Of a stretch of 64,000 bases of DNA, positions 44,246-54,659 are shown in pieces. How positions within the stretch are numbered: the stretch's first letter is position 1; each line of letters starts with the position of its first letter. The notes beneath the pieces were generated by a model. It saw nothing but the letters and a program-made list of their open reading frames with translations, was not told where the DNA came from and did no database searches. Origin of the DNA: Escherichia phage EC128. The position numbers and the translations under genes were made by a program. The stretch lies in sequence record ON210139.1; one strand, written 5' to 3'.

Positions 44246-44696
44246 GTTAGAGATTAGAAGCAATTTTAGGTGGCCATCATGTGCATTAAGTAATTTCGCC
44301 CAATGGCCTTTCGTTATGGATGGTATTCAATTTGGAGGTCTTGAAGGATTCCTCCAAGGATGCAAGGTGAAAAACGTTGAACAACAACGTCGTATATTTG
44401 GGTTATCCGGGCTTGCCGCCCAACAAGCTGGAAGGTCTTATGCAAGAGCTCAGGACCGTGGAACCCTCTTCTGGCTTGGAGTTCCATTTTCAAGATACTC
44501 CCCGGCGTGGAAAGAATTATACACAAATGCATATTTTGAAGCAGCGATCCAAAACAAGGGCTTTCGTGATGCATTACAAGCCTCGAAAGGAAAAGTTTTG
44601 AAGCACAGCATGGCTAGTGGTCTAACAAAAGATGATACAATACTAACCGAAGCTGAATTTATTGATGTGTTAAACCTATTAAGAGACTCTCTATGA
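44232..44696 (+). CDS. NADAR / YbiA-like (DUF1768-type) protein, putative ADP-ribose or N-glycoside processing enzyme
   Basis: 154 aa; SNFAQWPFVMDGIQFGGLEGFLQGCK resembles the SNFxxWP...DG...E...Q.K core of the YbiA/NADAR fold. Confidence 0.5.
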   Translation: MKMSELEIRSNFRWPSCALSNFAQWPFVMDGIQFGGLEGFLQGCKVKNVEQQRRIFGLSGLAAQQAGRSYARAQDRGTLFWLGVPFSRYSPAWKELYTNAYFEAAIQNKGFRDALQASKGKVLKHSMASGLTKDDTILTEAEFIDVLNLLRDSL

Positions 44697-45532
44697 AGCC
44701 TACTATTTTAACTGATATTGATGGAGTGTGTTTAAGCTGGCAATCAGGCCTTCCTTATTTTGCTCAGAAATATAATCTTCCGTTGGAACATATTTTAAAA
44801 ATGATCCAAGATGAAAAATTTATTTCTCCTGGTAAACTTTTTAATTGTGATGAAGAACTTGGTGTCAAGTTAATTGAAAAATACAATCGTTCAGATTTTA
44901 TTCGTTACTTGTCTCCATATAAAGATGCTCTGTGTGTAATTAACAAATTAAAAGAAGATTATAATTTTGTAGCTGTTACAGCGCTGGGTGATTCTATTGA
45001 CGCTCTGCTGAATCGTCAATTTAATTTGAATGCTCTTTTTCCTGGTGCCTTCTCAGAAGTACTGATGTGTGGTCATGATTCTTCAAAAGAAGAGTTGTTC
45101 AAAAAGGCAAAAGAGAAATATAACGTAATTTGTTATATTGACGATCTCGCTCACCACTGCGATCACGCGAGTGAAATATTAAGTGTTCCTGTTTATTGGA
45201 TGGCTCGAGGGGAACGTGACAGTATTCCAAAAACTGCTCAGCGAGTTTATACATGGAACGATGTAGAGAATAAGCTTTTTTCACCAAAGGAAAATAAAGA
45301 AAGTTTTGATAGTGAAAAAGCTATAAAAGATGTAATTGAAAAGATGATTAAAAACGATTCTTTTCGTTGGAACACTACCTGGAGAACTCCTGGATTTAAT
45401 CCTTATAATCATCTATATCATCCATATCAGACACATCCGTTTCAGACATGGAACTATATTAAACCCGGCGGTATAGAGTATTTGTATAATAGACCTACTT
45501 GTGGTGATAATATTTTCCAAGGAGCATTCTAA
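44693..45532 (+). CDS. HAD-superfamily phosphatase-like protein
   Basis: 279 aa; N-terminal ILTDIDGV matches HAD motif I (DxDGx). Confidence 0.5.
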   Translation: MKPTILTDIDGVCLSWQSGLPYFAQKYNLPLEHILKMIQDEKFISPGKLFNCDEELGVKLIEKYNRSDFIRYLSPYKDALCVINKLKEDYNFVAVTALGDSIDALLNRQFNLNALFPGAFSEVLMCGHDSSKEELFKKAKEKYNVICYIDDLAHHCDHASEILSVPVYWMARGERDSIPKTAQRVYTWNDVENKLFSPKENKESFDSEKAIKDVIEKMIKNDSFRWNTTWRTPGFNPYNHLYHPYQTHPFQTWNYIKPGGIEYLYNRPTCGDNIFQGAF

Positions 45533-45801
45533 TGTTTGTTGTTCACACTATTTATGAAAATGAAGGTAATACTACACGTGATTACGGTCACGTAAATCAA
45601 TTTTTTAGATGCAATCCAGAATTCCGAGCTCAAAAAGACGAACGAATTTTTAAAAAATGCGTAGAGCAAGGTTTCATTTATATCAAGCACTGGATGCAAG
45701 GAAATAAAGTTAGAACCACATATCATAAGTCTTTGACTGAGCTTAATGATGAATTGATTTATAATAGAGCTGTAAACCAAACTCTGAAGGATGAACAATG
45801 A
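45532..45801 (+). CDS. hypothetical protein (89 aa)
   Basis: ORF coupled between the upstream ORF and gene 30. Confidence 0.5.
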   Translation: MFVVHTIYENEGNTTRDYGHVNQFFRCNPEFRAQKDERIFKKCVEQGFIYIKHWMQGNKVRTTYHKSLTELNDELIYNRAVNQTLKDEQ

Positions 45802-47261
45802 TTCTTAAAATTCTGAACGAAATAGCATCTATTGGTTCAACTAAGCAGAAGCAAGCAATTCTTGAAAAGAATAAAGATAATGAATTGCTTAAACGAGTAT
45901 ATCGTCTGACTTATTCTCGTGGGCTGCAGTATTATATCAAGAAATGGCCTAAACCTGGTATTGCTACCCAGAGTTTTGGAATGTTGACTCTTACCGATAT
46001 GCTTGACTTCATTGAATTCACATTAGCTACTCGGAAATTGACTGGAAATGCAGCAATTGAGGAATTAACTGGATATATCACCGATGGTAAAAAAGATGAT
46101 GTTGAAGTTTTGCGTCGAGTGATGATGCGAGACCTTGAATGTGGTGCTTCAGTATCTATTGCAAACAAAGTTTGGCCAGGTTTAATTCCTGAACAACCTC
46201 AAATGCTGGCAAGTTCTTATGATGAAAAAGGCATTAATAAGAATATCAAATTTCCAGCCTTTGCCCAGTTAAAAGCTGATGGGGCTCGGTGCTTTGCCGA
46301 AGTCAGAGGTGATGAATTAGATGATGTTCGTCTTTTATCACGAGCCGGTAATGAATATCTAGGATTAGATCTTCTTAAGGAAGAATTAATCAAAATGACC
46401 GCTGAAGCCCGCCAGATTCATCCAGAAGGCGTGTTAATTGATGGCGAATTGGTATACCATGAGCAAGTTAAAAAGGAGCCAGAAGGCCTAGATTTTCTTT
46501 TTGATGCTTATCCTGAAAACAGTAAAGCCAAAGAATTCGCCGAAGTAGCTGAATCACGTACTACTTCTAATGGAATCGCTAATAAATCTTTAAAGGGAAC
46601 CATTTCTGAAAAAGAAGCTCAATGCATGAAGTTTCAGGTCTGGGATTATGTTCCATTGGTAGAAATATACGGTCTTCCTGCATTTCGTTTGAAATATGAT
46701 GTACGTTTTTCTAAACTAGAACAAATGACATCAGGCTATGATAAAGTAATTTTAATTGAAAACCAGGTAGTAAATAACCTAGATGAAGCTAAGGTAATTT
46801 ATAAAAAGTATATTGACCAAGGTCTTGAAGGTATTATTCTCAAAAATATCGATGGATTATGGGAAAATGCTCGTTCAAAAAATCTCTATAAATTTAAAGA
46901 AGTAATTGATGTTGATTTAAAAATTGTAGGAATTTATCCTCACCGTAAAGACCCTACTAAAGCGGGTGGATTTATTCTTGAGTCAGAGTGTGGAAAAATT
47001 AAGGTAAATGCTGGTTCAGGCTTAAAAGATAAAGCCGGTGTAAAATCACATGAACTTGACCGTACTCGCATTATGGAAAACCAAAATTATTATATTGGAA
47101 AAATTCTAGAGTGCGAATGCAACGGTTGGTTAAAATCTGATGGCCGCACTGATTACGTTAAATTATTTCTTCCGATTGCGATTCGTTTACGTGAAGATAA
47201 AACTAAAGCTAATACATTCGAGGATGTATTTGGTGATTTTCATGAGGTAACTGGTCTATGA
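45798..47261 (+). CDS. 30: ATP-dependent DNA ligase
   Basis: 487-aa ORF; adenylation motif around KADGAR; recognised as T4 DNA ligase. Confidence 0.95.
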   Translation: MILKILNEIASIGSTKQKQAILEKNKDNELLKRVYRLTYSRGLQYYIKKWPKPGIATQSFGMLTLTDMLDFIEFTLATRKLTGNAAIEELTGYITDGKKDDVEVLRRVMMRDLECGASVSIANKVWPGLIPEQPQMLASSYDEKGINKNIKFPAFAQLKADGARCFAEVRGDELDDVRLLSRAGNEYLGLDLLKEELIKMTAEARQIHPEGVLIDGELVYHEQVKKEPEGLDFLFDAYPENSKAKEFAEVAESRTTSNGIANKSLKGTISEKEAQCMKFQVWDYVPLVEIYGLPAFRLKYDVRFSKLEQMTSGYDKVILIENQVVNNLDEAKVIYKKYIDQGLEGIILKNIDGLWENARSKNLYKFKEVIDVDLKIVGIYPHRKDPTKAGGFILESECGKIKVNAGSGLKDKAGVKSHELDRTRIMENQNYYIGKILECECNGWLKSDGRTDYVKLFLPIAIRLREDKTKANTFEDVFGDFHEVTGL

Positions 47262-47446
47262 AAGCTTACTTAGAAACAATTGTCATTGCTCAAAAAGAAG
47301 GTGGAGATGTTTCTACTTCTGTATCACAAGTCATTCTCGAATTTGTAGATGCATACGCTTATAATAAATTTACAGAAACATTTGATGCCTATGAAAAAGG
47401 ACCAAAGTTTGAAATATATCGTACTCTCTTACCACTAGATTACTAA
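47258..47446 (+). CDS. hypothetical protein (62 aa)
   Basis: ATGA-coupled ORF after the ligase gene. Confidence 0.45.
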   Translation: MKAYLETIVIAQKEGGDVSTSVSQVILEFVDAYAYNKFTETFDAYEKGPKFEIYRTLLPLDY

Positions 47447-47469
47447 AGGCCTTCGGGCCTTTAATTTTA
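47445..47469 (+). terminator. terminator-like hairpin
   Basis: AAAGGCC-TTCG-GGCCTTT followed by AATTTTAT. Confidence 0.5.
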
Positions 47470-47495
47470 TAAATAGAATAAACACTAGAGAGGAT

Positions 47496-49547
47496 ATGAT
47501 GGAACTAATTACAGAATTATTTGACGAAGATACTACTCTTCCGATTACAAACTTAAATCCAAAGAAGAAAATACCACAAATTTTTTCAGTTCATGTTGAT
47601 GATGCAATTGAACAACCAGGCTTTCGTTTATGTACCTATACATCTGGAGGTGATACTAATCGTGATTTAAAGATGGGCGATAAAATGATGCATATTGTTC
47701 CTTTTACATTAACCGCTAAAGGTTCAATTGCTAAATTGAAAGGTCTTGGTCCAAGCCCAATTAATTATATCAATTCGGTTTTTACTGTTGCAATGCAAAC
47801 AATGCGTCAGTATAAAATTGATGCCTGTATGCTCCGTATTCTTAAGTCTAAAACTGCTGGTCAAGCTCGACAAATTCAAGTTATTGCTGATAGACTTATC
47901 CGTAGTCGTTCAGGTGGCAGATACGTCCTTCTTAAGGAACTCTGGGATTATGATAAAAAGTATGCATATATTCTTATACATCGCAAAAATGTATCACTAG
48001 AAGACATTCAAGGGGTTCCGGAAATTAGTACCGAGCTCTTTACTAAAGTTGAATCGAAGGTCGGTGATGTTTATATCAATAAAGATACTGGAGCTCAAGT
48101 AACTAAAAATGAGGCAATTGCAGCATCTATTGCACAAGAAAATGATAAACGTTCTGATCAAGCTGTAATCGTTAAAGTTAAAATTTCCCGTAGAGCAATT
48201 GCACAAAGTCAGTCGTTGGAATCTTCTAGATTTGAAACACCGATGTTTCAAAAATTTGAGGCTTCAGCGGCAGAATTAAATAAACCAGCGGACGCTCCTT
48301 TAATTTCTGATTCTAATGAATTAACGGTAATTTCTACTTCAGGATTTGCACTAGAGAATGCTCTTAGCAGTGTTACAGCTGGGATGGCATTCAGAGAAGC
48401 TTCTATAATTCCTGAAGATAAAGAATCCATTATTAATGCAGAAATAAAAAATAAAGCTTTAGAAAAATTACGAAAAGAATCTATTACTTCAATAAAAACT
48501 TTAGAAACTATTGCTTCTATCGTCGATGATACTTTAGAAAAATATAAAGGTGCTTGGTTTGAAAGAAATATTAACAGACATTCGCATTTAAACCAAGATG
48601 CTGCAAATGAGTTAGTACAAAATTCTTGGAATGCAATAAAAACAAAGATTATTCGAAGAGAATTACGTGGATATGCTCTTACCGCTGGATGGTCATTACA
48701 TCCTATAGTCGAAAATAAAGATTCATCTAAATACACACCAGCACAAAAACGCGGAATTCGTGAATACGTAGGTTCAGGATATGTAGACATAAATAATGCT
48801 CTTTTGGGATTATATAATCCAGATGAGCGTACAAGTATTTTAACAGCACCTGAAATAGAACAAGCCATTGATAATTTAGATTCAGCCTTTAAAAATGGTG
48901 AACGATTACCAAAAGGTATTACTTTGTATCGTTCACAACGAATGTTACCTTCAATATACGAAGCAATGGTAAAAAATCGAGTTTTTTATTTTAGAAACTT
49001 TGTGTCAACATCATTATATCCAAATATTTTTGGTACTTGGATGACTGATTCATCTGTGGGTGTTTTACCAGACGAAAAGCGTCTAAGTGTTTCTATTGAT
49101 AAAACTGATGAAGGACTAGTAAATTCTAGCGATAATTTAGTTGGAATTGGATGGGTTATTACTGGGGCTGATAAGGTTAATGTTGTTTTACCCGGTGGAA
49201 GTTTAGCGCCTTCAAATGAAATGGAAGTCATTTTGCCACGTGGATTAATGGTCAAAGTTAATAAAATAACCGATGCATCTTACAACGATGGAACAGTTAG
49301 AACTAACAACAAGCTTATTCAAGCTGAAGTTATGACCACAGAAGAACTCACCGAATCGGTAATCTATGACGGAGACCATTTAATGGAAACTGGTGAATTG
49401 GTTACAATGACAGGTGATATAGAAGACAGAGTTGACTTTGCATCATTTGTTTCATCAAATGTTAAACAGAAAGTAGAATCATCTCTTGGAATTATTGCGT
49501 CTTGCATAGATATTGCAAACATGCCTTACAAGTTCGTTCAAGGATAA
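47496..49547 (+). CDS. alt: Alt ADP-ribosyltransferase (packaged; modifies host RNA polymerase alpha)
   Basis: 683-aa ORF (probable start at the second ATG, MELITELFDED); recognised as T4 Alt. Confidence 0.9.
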   Translation: MMELITELFDEDTTLPITNLNPKKKIPQIFSVHVDDAIEQPGFRLCTYTSGGDTNRDLKMGDKMMHIVPFTLTAKGSIAKLKGLGPSPINYINSVFTVAMQTMRQYKIDACMLRILKSKTAGQARQIQVIADRLIRSRSGGRYVLLKELWDYDKKYAYILIHRKNVSLEDIQGVPEISTELFTKVESKVGDVYINKDTGAQVTKNEAIAASIAQENDKRSDQAVIVKVKISRRAIAQSQSLESSRFETPMFQKFEASAAELNKPADAPLISDSNELTVISTSGFALENALSSVTAGMAFREASIIPEDKESIINAEIKNKALEKLRKESITSIKTLETIASIVDDTLEKYKGAWFERNINRHSHLNQDAANELVQNSWNAIKTKIIRRELRGYALTAGWSLHPIVENKDSSKYTPAQKRGIREYVGSGYVDINNALLGLYNPDERTSILTAPEIEQAIDNLDSAFKNGERLPKGITLYRSQRMLPSIYEAMVKNRVFYFRNFVSTSLYPNIFGTWMTDSSVGVLPDEKRLSVSIDKTDEGLVNSSDNLVGIGWVITGADKVNVVLPGGSLAPSNEMEVILPRGLMVKVNKITDASYNDGTVRTNNKLIQAEVMTTEELTESVIYDGDHLMETGELVTMTGDIEDRVDFASFVSSNVKQKVESSLGIIASCIDIANMPYKFVQG

Positions 49548-49550
49548 ATC

Positions 49551-49940
49551 ATGGAACTTATTACATAATTATTTGACGGCGCTTCGGCGCCGGTTGTTAA
49601 CTTAAATCCTAAGCATAAAATACCACAAATTTTTGCTATTCAAGCCGGCGAAGAAAGCGTGCTTCCTGGATTTAGATTTTGTACATACACCTCTGGCGGT
49701 GATACGAATAAAAACGTTAAGCCGGGCGATAAAATGATGCATATCGTAATGATAGGTGTTAATGAGAAATTATCACTGGTTAAGCTTAGAAACTTGGGTG
49801 GAAATCCAATTGGCGTCATTAATGCTGTTTTTGATACTGCTCTTCAAACAATGAAGCAGTATAAAATTGACGCATGCCTATTCCGCGTACTAAAAAGTTC
49901 AAAATGTAGTTTACAAGTCCCTCGTGTTGTGTTATAGTAG
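49551..49940 (+). pseudogene. truncated alt-paralogue remnant (homologous to the Alt N-terminal ~130 aa) with an in-frame TAA at codon 6
   Basis: MELIT*LFDGASAPVVNLNPKHKIPQIF...GFRFCTYTSGGDTNKN...QTMKQYKIDACLFRVLKS aligns with Alt residues 2-130; homology ends where the promoter repeat begins. Confidence 0.6.
49909..49938 (+). promoter_or_regulatory. early promoter; second copy of the 54-bp promoter and leader repeat
   Basis: GTTTACAAGTCCCTCGTGTTGTGTTATAGTAGTCTTACTGACATAACATGAGGA, one mismatch to 35806-35859. Confidence 0.5.
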
Positions 49941-49969
49941 TCTTACTGACATAACATGAGGAACACAAA

Positions 49970-50260
49970 ATGAAATCTTCTTTGCGCTTTTTAGGTCAAG
50001 AACTTGTAGTTGAAGGCGTTATTCCTGCTGATAATGCTTTTAACGAAGCAGTTTATGATGAATTTATCAAAATTTTCGGAACAGATAAAAAGTTTGGAAT
50101 TTTTCCTTCTGAAAATTTTTCAAAGCCAGAACAGACTGAAAGTATTTTTCAGGGTGTAGTAACAGGTAAATTTGAGTCAGAAGCTCCTGTAAAAATTGAA
50201 GTTTATATTGAAGACGGTTTAGTTGCTTCAGTTGCTGCTTTCATTTCATTCCGTAAATAA
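49970..50260 (+). CDS. hypothetical protein (96 aa)
   Basis: ORF with SD GAGGAACACAAA downstream of the repeated promoter. Confidence 0.55.
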   Translation: MKSSLRFLGQELVVEGVIPADNAFNEAVYDEFIKIFGTDKKFGIFPSENFSKPEQTESIFQGVVTGKFESEAPVKIEVYIEDGLVASVAAFISFRK

Positions 50261-50264
50261 AAAT

Positions 50265-50286
50265 ATGGGGACCGAAAGGTCCCCAT
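50265..50286. terminator. bidirectional terminator hairpin between convergent genes
   Basis: ATGGGGACC-GAAA-GGTCCCCAT between the + strand ORF end and the gene 54 end. Confidence 0.55.
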
Positions 50287-50288
50287 TG

Positions 50289-51254
50289 TTATATTGCTCC
50301 TAATATTTTACTTTGCGAATTGACAATTCCTGTCATGGTATTAATGTTTGAAATGCTTCCAGCAGTTCCCCCTAATCTACTGAGTCGTGAAAGCGAATTA
50401 GATAGTCCAGTAACGCCTCCGCTATTTCCGAGAACGCTTTGAATACCATTTATAGCAGCAGATTCAAGCCATTCAAGCGCAGCTTGCCTATCAACTGCTC
50501 CAGCCTGCATCACTCTATACGCAAAAGTAACGTCAAATGTAGTTATTTGGTTATCTCCATCATATGATAACTCAGGAGCGCTCACTGATATTGGAATGCA
50601 TCCGGTGAACATCACCGCAGTATGAGGCAATCCATTACGAGAATGAAGATTAACCTGAATATCCGCCTCGACATCTTGTGGCAAAGCACGTAATCCAGTT
50701 ACTGGGTCTTGAACGGAGTTAACCCAGTCTTGCATTGCACGATAGTTACAAGCTTCTGAATCCATTCTAAATGAAATAACCAAAGGGTCTAATTCTCTCC
50801 CAGTTATACGAATATTAGGAGAATTATAGTTCCAGTCAGTTTCATAGGATAATCTATTCTCTGGCATTTTTACAGAATATATCATCAATCCAGATGAGTT
50901 ATATGCCATGTTAAAGAAGTCAATTAAATATGTACCAACTGTAAATGAGCCTAATAAACTTTGAACTGTACGTTGACTCATGGCACCAATAAGATATTTA
51001 CTAACCCCTGATTTTCTTATCAGTTTTTGTGTGCCAGCAGTAATTAGCGTGGTAATTCCCTGATTAATATCACCTTGAGTCAATCCTAACCAATCTGAAT
51101 TTAGGCCCAAGTTATTATAAGAAAAGTTGCTAATTGAACTTATCAACGAAGAGCTTTTAGTTGATGGAGTTGTCGCAAAAACGCAGCTAAACATATTATT
51201 ACGTTGGAAATCTGCGTTTATTGCTTGATTATTAAATTCCTCTAAAGAATACAT
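50289..51254 (-). CDS. 54: gp54 baseplate tail-tube initiator
   Basis: 321-aa ORF in the 54-48-29-28-27-51 block. Confidence 0.85.
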   Translation of the reverse strand: MYSLEEFNNQAINADFQRNNMFSCVFATTPSTKSSSLISSISNFSYNNLGLNSDWLGLTQGDINQGITTLITAGTQKLIRKSGVSKYLIGAMSQRTVQSLLGSFTVGTYLIDFFNMAYNSSGLMIYSVKMPENRLSYETDWNYNSPNIRITGRELDPLVISFRMDSEACNYRAMQDWVNSVQDPVTGLRALPQDVEADIQVNLHSRNGLPHTAVMFTGCIPISVSAPELSYDGDNQITTFDVTFAYRVMQAGAVDRQAALEWLESAAINGIQSVLGNSGGVTGLSNSLSRLSRLGGTAGSISNINTMTGIVNSQSKILGAI

Positions 51255-52348
51255 TAAAAAGTCCCCGCATATAAAGAAGCACGGTTTAACGTGATAATTT
51301 CTCTCATAGTAATCTCAAGAGTAAATGTACTAGGGAGGTTTGGAGCAATAGCTAATCCGTTAAAGTTACCATTAGGTGTTTTATCAAATCTGATGCTTTG
51401 TATTTGGCATGGGCCAAATATTTCCGTTTTTCCATCAAACTTAGATGTTGCACCAAAGTTTTTCACCATCCAAATTGTCGGGTTTGAAACTACTAGAACG
51501 TTAGTTAAACTCGATGTCATTTTCTCAAATAGTGTTTTATTTTTAGCTGCGTCTTCCGGAGATAAAGGTTCAATTAACGTAGAACGATACCAATCATCTA
51601 AATACCCCTTTATTTCAGCAGCATATTGAGATTTACCAGTTTCACCATAAGAAAAATAGTTAAAATATTGATAGATATTAATAATAGCCATTAAATCTTC
51701 TGTTGAACGTGGAGTCAAATCCCAAGTAAACACTTTAGTTCTATTTTCAGCACCACCATACATACTTCGAGCCGTAGTGTATATTTGTTCATTATTATCA
51801 GCCATTATACCTTGTGTTATACTTTCCAGTGCTCCAAATACTGCAGTTGAAGCAATATTACTTAGCACACCAGTAGCAGTACCTCCGCCTCTGCTGATAA
51901 GACTTTCTTGAACATCATTAAATCTATGTGATGATGTATCAACATCGGATTTAGATCTTGGTAAAAGAATATTTGCAACAGGGGCTTTACTTATTGTTCC
52001 TGAATTATTATCTGATATTAATCCATTTGACAGTTTTGATACTGTATTACTGATAGTGTTTCTGGCTGTACGTAAAATACTCGAAGATGAAGAAGAGTAG
52101 TTAGATCTCATCGATCTAAGACTTCCAGAATCCCTAGATGACATATTGTATGCAGTAAATAATAATCCATTCTTATATAGATCTGTTACCTGGAAGTCCC
52201 CTGTAGTGTCATTACCACTAGCACGCCCAGTTGGAAACTGGGCAGTGTATGTTTTAGTTACTACTTCTGATTTAGTGCTCTGTCCGGCTGAAATTTTCTC
52301 ACCGGACTTTTTAATTAAATCAGTAGTTATTTCTTTAACAATTGCCAT
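51254..52348 (-). CDS. 48: gp48 baseplate tail-tube cap
   Basis: 364-aa ORF. Confidence 0.85.
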   Translation of the reverse strand: MAIVKEITTDLIKKSGEKISAGQSTKSEVVTKTYTAQFPTGRASGNDTTGDFQVTDLYKNGLLFTAYNMSSRDSGSLRSMRSNYSSSSSSILRTARNTISNTVSKLSNGLISDNNSGTISKAPVANILLPRSKSDVDTSSHRFNDVQESLISRGGGTATGVLSNIASTAVFGALESITQGIMADNNEQIYTTARSMYGGAENRTKVFTWDLTPRSTEDLMAIINIYQYFNYFSYGETGKSQYAAEIKGYLDDWYRSTLIEPLSPEDAAKNKTLFEKMTSSLTNVLVVSNPTIWMVKNFGATSKFDGKTEIFGPCQIQSIRFDKTPNGNFNGLAIAPNLPSTFTLEITMREIITLNRASLYAGTF

Positions 52349-52356
52349 ATTATTCC

Positions 52357-54129
52357 TTAATTAACTCCAGTCGCATCAAATACACCAGGAGCAGTTGTGC
52401 TTGTGACAGGTGTCATATTATGAACGACAGTATTTTTCTTAATAACATTATTAGTATTATTGATTGAAGGAGATGCTTGTTGAACAGGAGCTTGCTGTGC
52501 TTTGTTCTTTTCTATTACCTGGACTTGTTTTGCTTCTGGCGATTTAGCAGAAGTTTCAGGTTTGGCATTAGGCTGATTTTTCTTGAGCTCTTGATAAGTA
52601 GCATCAATTTTAGAAAATCTAGCAGCAAGTTCTTTTTTAACTGCCGGTGAATTATTTAAATCCGGGTCATCCATCCGTTTTTTAAGGTCTTCATAGGCAG
52701 ATTCAACAGATTTAACCGTTGAGTCTTTACTCATATCAGCTGAATCAGCATATTTTTCAAAGCGAATCATTGCGGCACGGGCTTCATTAGCCTTCATTAA
52801 AGCATTTTTTCTTTCTTCAGGTGAAAGTTGCTTTAATTTTTCTTCTTCTGCTGCGCGTTCTTCGTCGGTAGTTAGTGCTTCTTTATTATCAACCCCACGA
52901 ATCCAATTAGATGCACGAGTTTTCCAATTAGCAATTTTATCTAATCCTTTTGCTATCGGACCAAGGTCTCCGTTCATTCGTTTATCTTGATAATTTGCAA
53001 CTTTTTCTTGGTCTTCTTTATTGAGAGATGCTCCAGTAGAATTTTGGAAATTTTCCAATGCTCTTCCTTCTACTTCATCAGCAGTATCCTTCATACCAGG
53101 AATGACTCGAAGAATTGCTGCAGATAATTTAGCCATACCTAATTGAATAAGCTCTCCTAAATTAAAAAGAACACTTCCAAGTCCTTCTATGATAGCTGTT
53201 GTCAATCCACCCCAATCTCCCGCTTCCCAAAGTTGTTTAATTTTATCAATAGAATCAAAGATGCTCTGTAATAAAGGACCCCATGTTCCGGTTTCGCTAG
53301 AGAATTTAGTAAAATCAGTACTATATAAATCCCAGGCTTTTGAAAATTTATCTGACCAGTATTTAAAATGAACCATCAACAGGTCTATTCCAACAACAAC
53401 AGCCAATATCATTGCAGTCATTTTAGCGGCTTCAATAGCAGCACTGACGGTGTACTTAAATAGCATGCTTGATATTTTATCAGTAATTGAAATAGATTTC
53501 TTAAATCCAAAATCAACTGTCTTTGTTAATTTATCTAAAGCTTGAGATAATTTTAAGTTAAATGCTTCTTTTTTCTGTTTTTCTTCTGGTGATTCTTGTT
53601 TGGGTTCAACTGGTTGAGGGGTAGGGAAAAAATCAGCGTCAGGATCATTATTAACTGCTTCGGGAGCTGGTAATAAAGGACCCACAGATTCGGCAGTATC
53701 ATCCTCAACGACTTTAACAGGAATAGCGCTTTCAACCGTGGCTAAACTAGTTCCCGTCTGTTGAATTCCAGCTGTCTGAATTTTTTGCTCTAGTAAACTT
53801 GTTAATTTATCTAATTTGCTTCCGAGTGATTCACCGATTTCTTTATTAATATTGTTGCCAATTTCGACAGTTTCAGCAATTAACTCAGAACCAGCAGTAG
53901 TATCACTCACTGCGCTTTCTACGTTATCAATTGCTCCAATTATTTCATTCGATTTTTCTTCGACAGTTTGAGCTATTAATTCAGAAGCAGCTTGAGCATC
54001 ATCCAATTTCGTAGAAATGTCATTAAGCCCAGATAAAGTATTAGAAGCGGATTTAGCCGCTTCCTGTGTTGGTTTATTATCTGAAATAACTTTTCTACGC
54101 ATCGTTTGCATTTCTTGTGGCTTTTTCAT
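52357..54129 (-). CDS. 29: gp29 tail-length tape measure / baseplate hub protein
   Basis: 590-aa ORF; Ala/Glu-rich, predicted extended helical. Confidence 0.85.
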   Translation of the reverse strand: MKKPQEMQTMRRKVISDNKPTQEAAKSASNTLSGLNDISTKLDDAQAASELIAQTVEEKSNEIIGAIDNVESAVSDTTAGSELIAETVEIGNNINKEIGESLGSKLDKLTSLLEQKIQTAGIQQTGTSLATVESAIPVKVVEDDTAESVGPLLPAPEAVNNDPDADFFPTPQPVEPKQESPEEKQKKEAFNLKLSQALDKLTKTVDFGFKKSISITDKISSMLFKYTVSAAIEAAKMTAMILAVVVGIDLLMVHFKYWSDKFSKAWDLYSTDFTKFSSETGTWGPLLQSIFDSIDKIKQLWEAGDWGGLTTAIIEGLGSVLFNLGELIQLGMAKLSAAILRVIPGMKDTADEVEGRALENFQNSTGASLNKEDQEKVANYQDKRMNGDLGPIAKGLDKIANWKTRASNWIRGVDNKEALTTDEERAAEEEKLKQLSPEERKNALMKANEARAAMIRFEKYADSADMSKDSTVKSVESAYEDLKKRMDDPDLNNSPAVKKELAARFSKIDATYQELKKNQPNAKPETSAKSPEAKQVQVIEKNKAQQAPVQQASPSINNTNNVIKKNTVVHNMTPVTSTTAPGVFDATGVN

Positions 54130-54659
54130 TCAAATAATCCAATAATATTGCCAATTCCAGTTATTGGACCATTAGGGCCAGGAATTGCTAAAGTTGTAAA
54201 AATATCATTTGCCCATTTTAAAACGAATGCTGGCATCTCAAGAAAATTAATTTCTTTAACTTCATCATTGACCTTAAGCAAGCATTTAGATAACATATCG
54301 CTCACCGTTAAAAATTGTTCAAATTTTCCAGGAGGTCTAAAATAAAATGTATTTCCTTGGTATTGAAACTCTAATCTTTGGCATACATAAACATCATTTA
54401 TGTCATAAGTATAGCCATCTATTTCTTTACGAGATTTAATCTTTCCATTAAATTCCAATAAATGAATAGAAACGAAATCAACTTCTGCCGGTGATAAATT
54501 CGGACAAATAGAATCAATAAGAAGTTTTAAATTTTCATCAGGACCTTTAACATCTTTTAAAATATTATAATGTTTAAGACCCATTTTAGGAATAGAAACT
54601 TCTTTATTGCTTATTGGAAGAACTACTTTCTTCAGTGGTAGTATCAGATTTAAATTCAT
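54126..54659 (-). CDS. 28: gp28 baseplate hub distal subunit
   Basis: 177-aa ORF overlapping the gene 27 3' end. Confidence 0.8.
   Translation of the reverse strand: MNLNLILPLKKVVLPISNKEVSIPKMGLKHYNILKDVKGPDENLKLLIDSICPNLSPAEVDFVSIHLLEFNGKIKSRKEIDGYTYDINDVYVCQRLEFQYQGNTFYFRPPGKFEQFLTVSDMLSKCLLKVNDEVKEINFLEMPAFVLKWANDIFTTLAIPGPNGPITGIGNIIGLFE

Noticed and set aside
48248-48868. 206-aa - strand ORF inside alt
   Set aside because: Antisense shadow ORF within the 683-aa alt frame.
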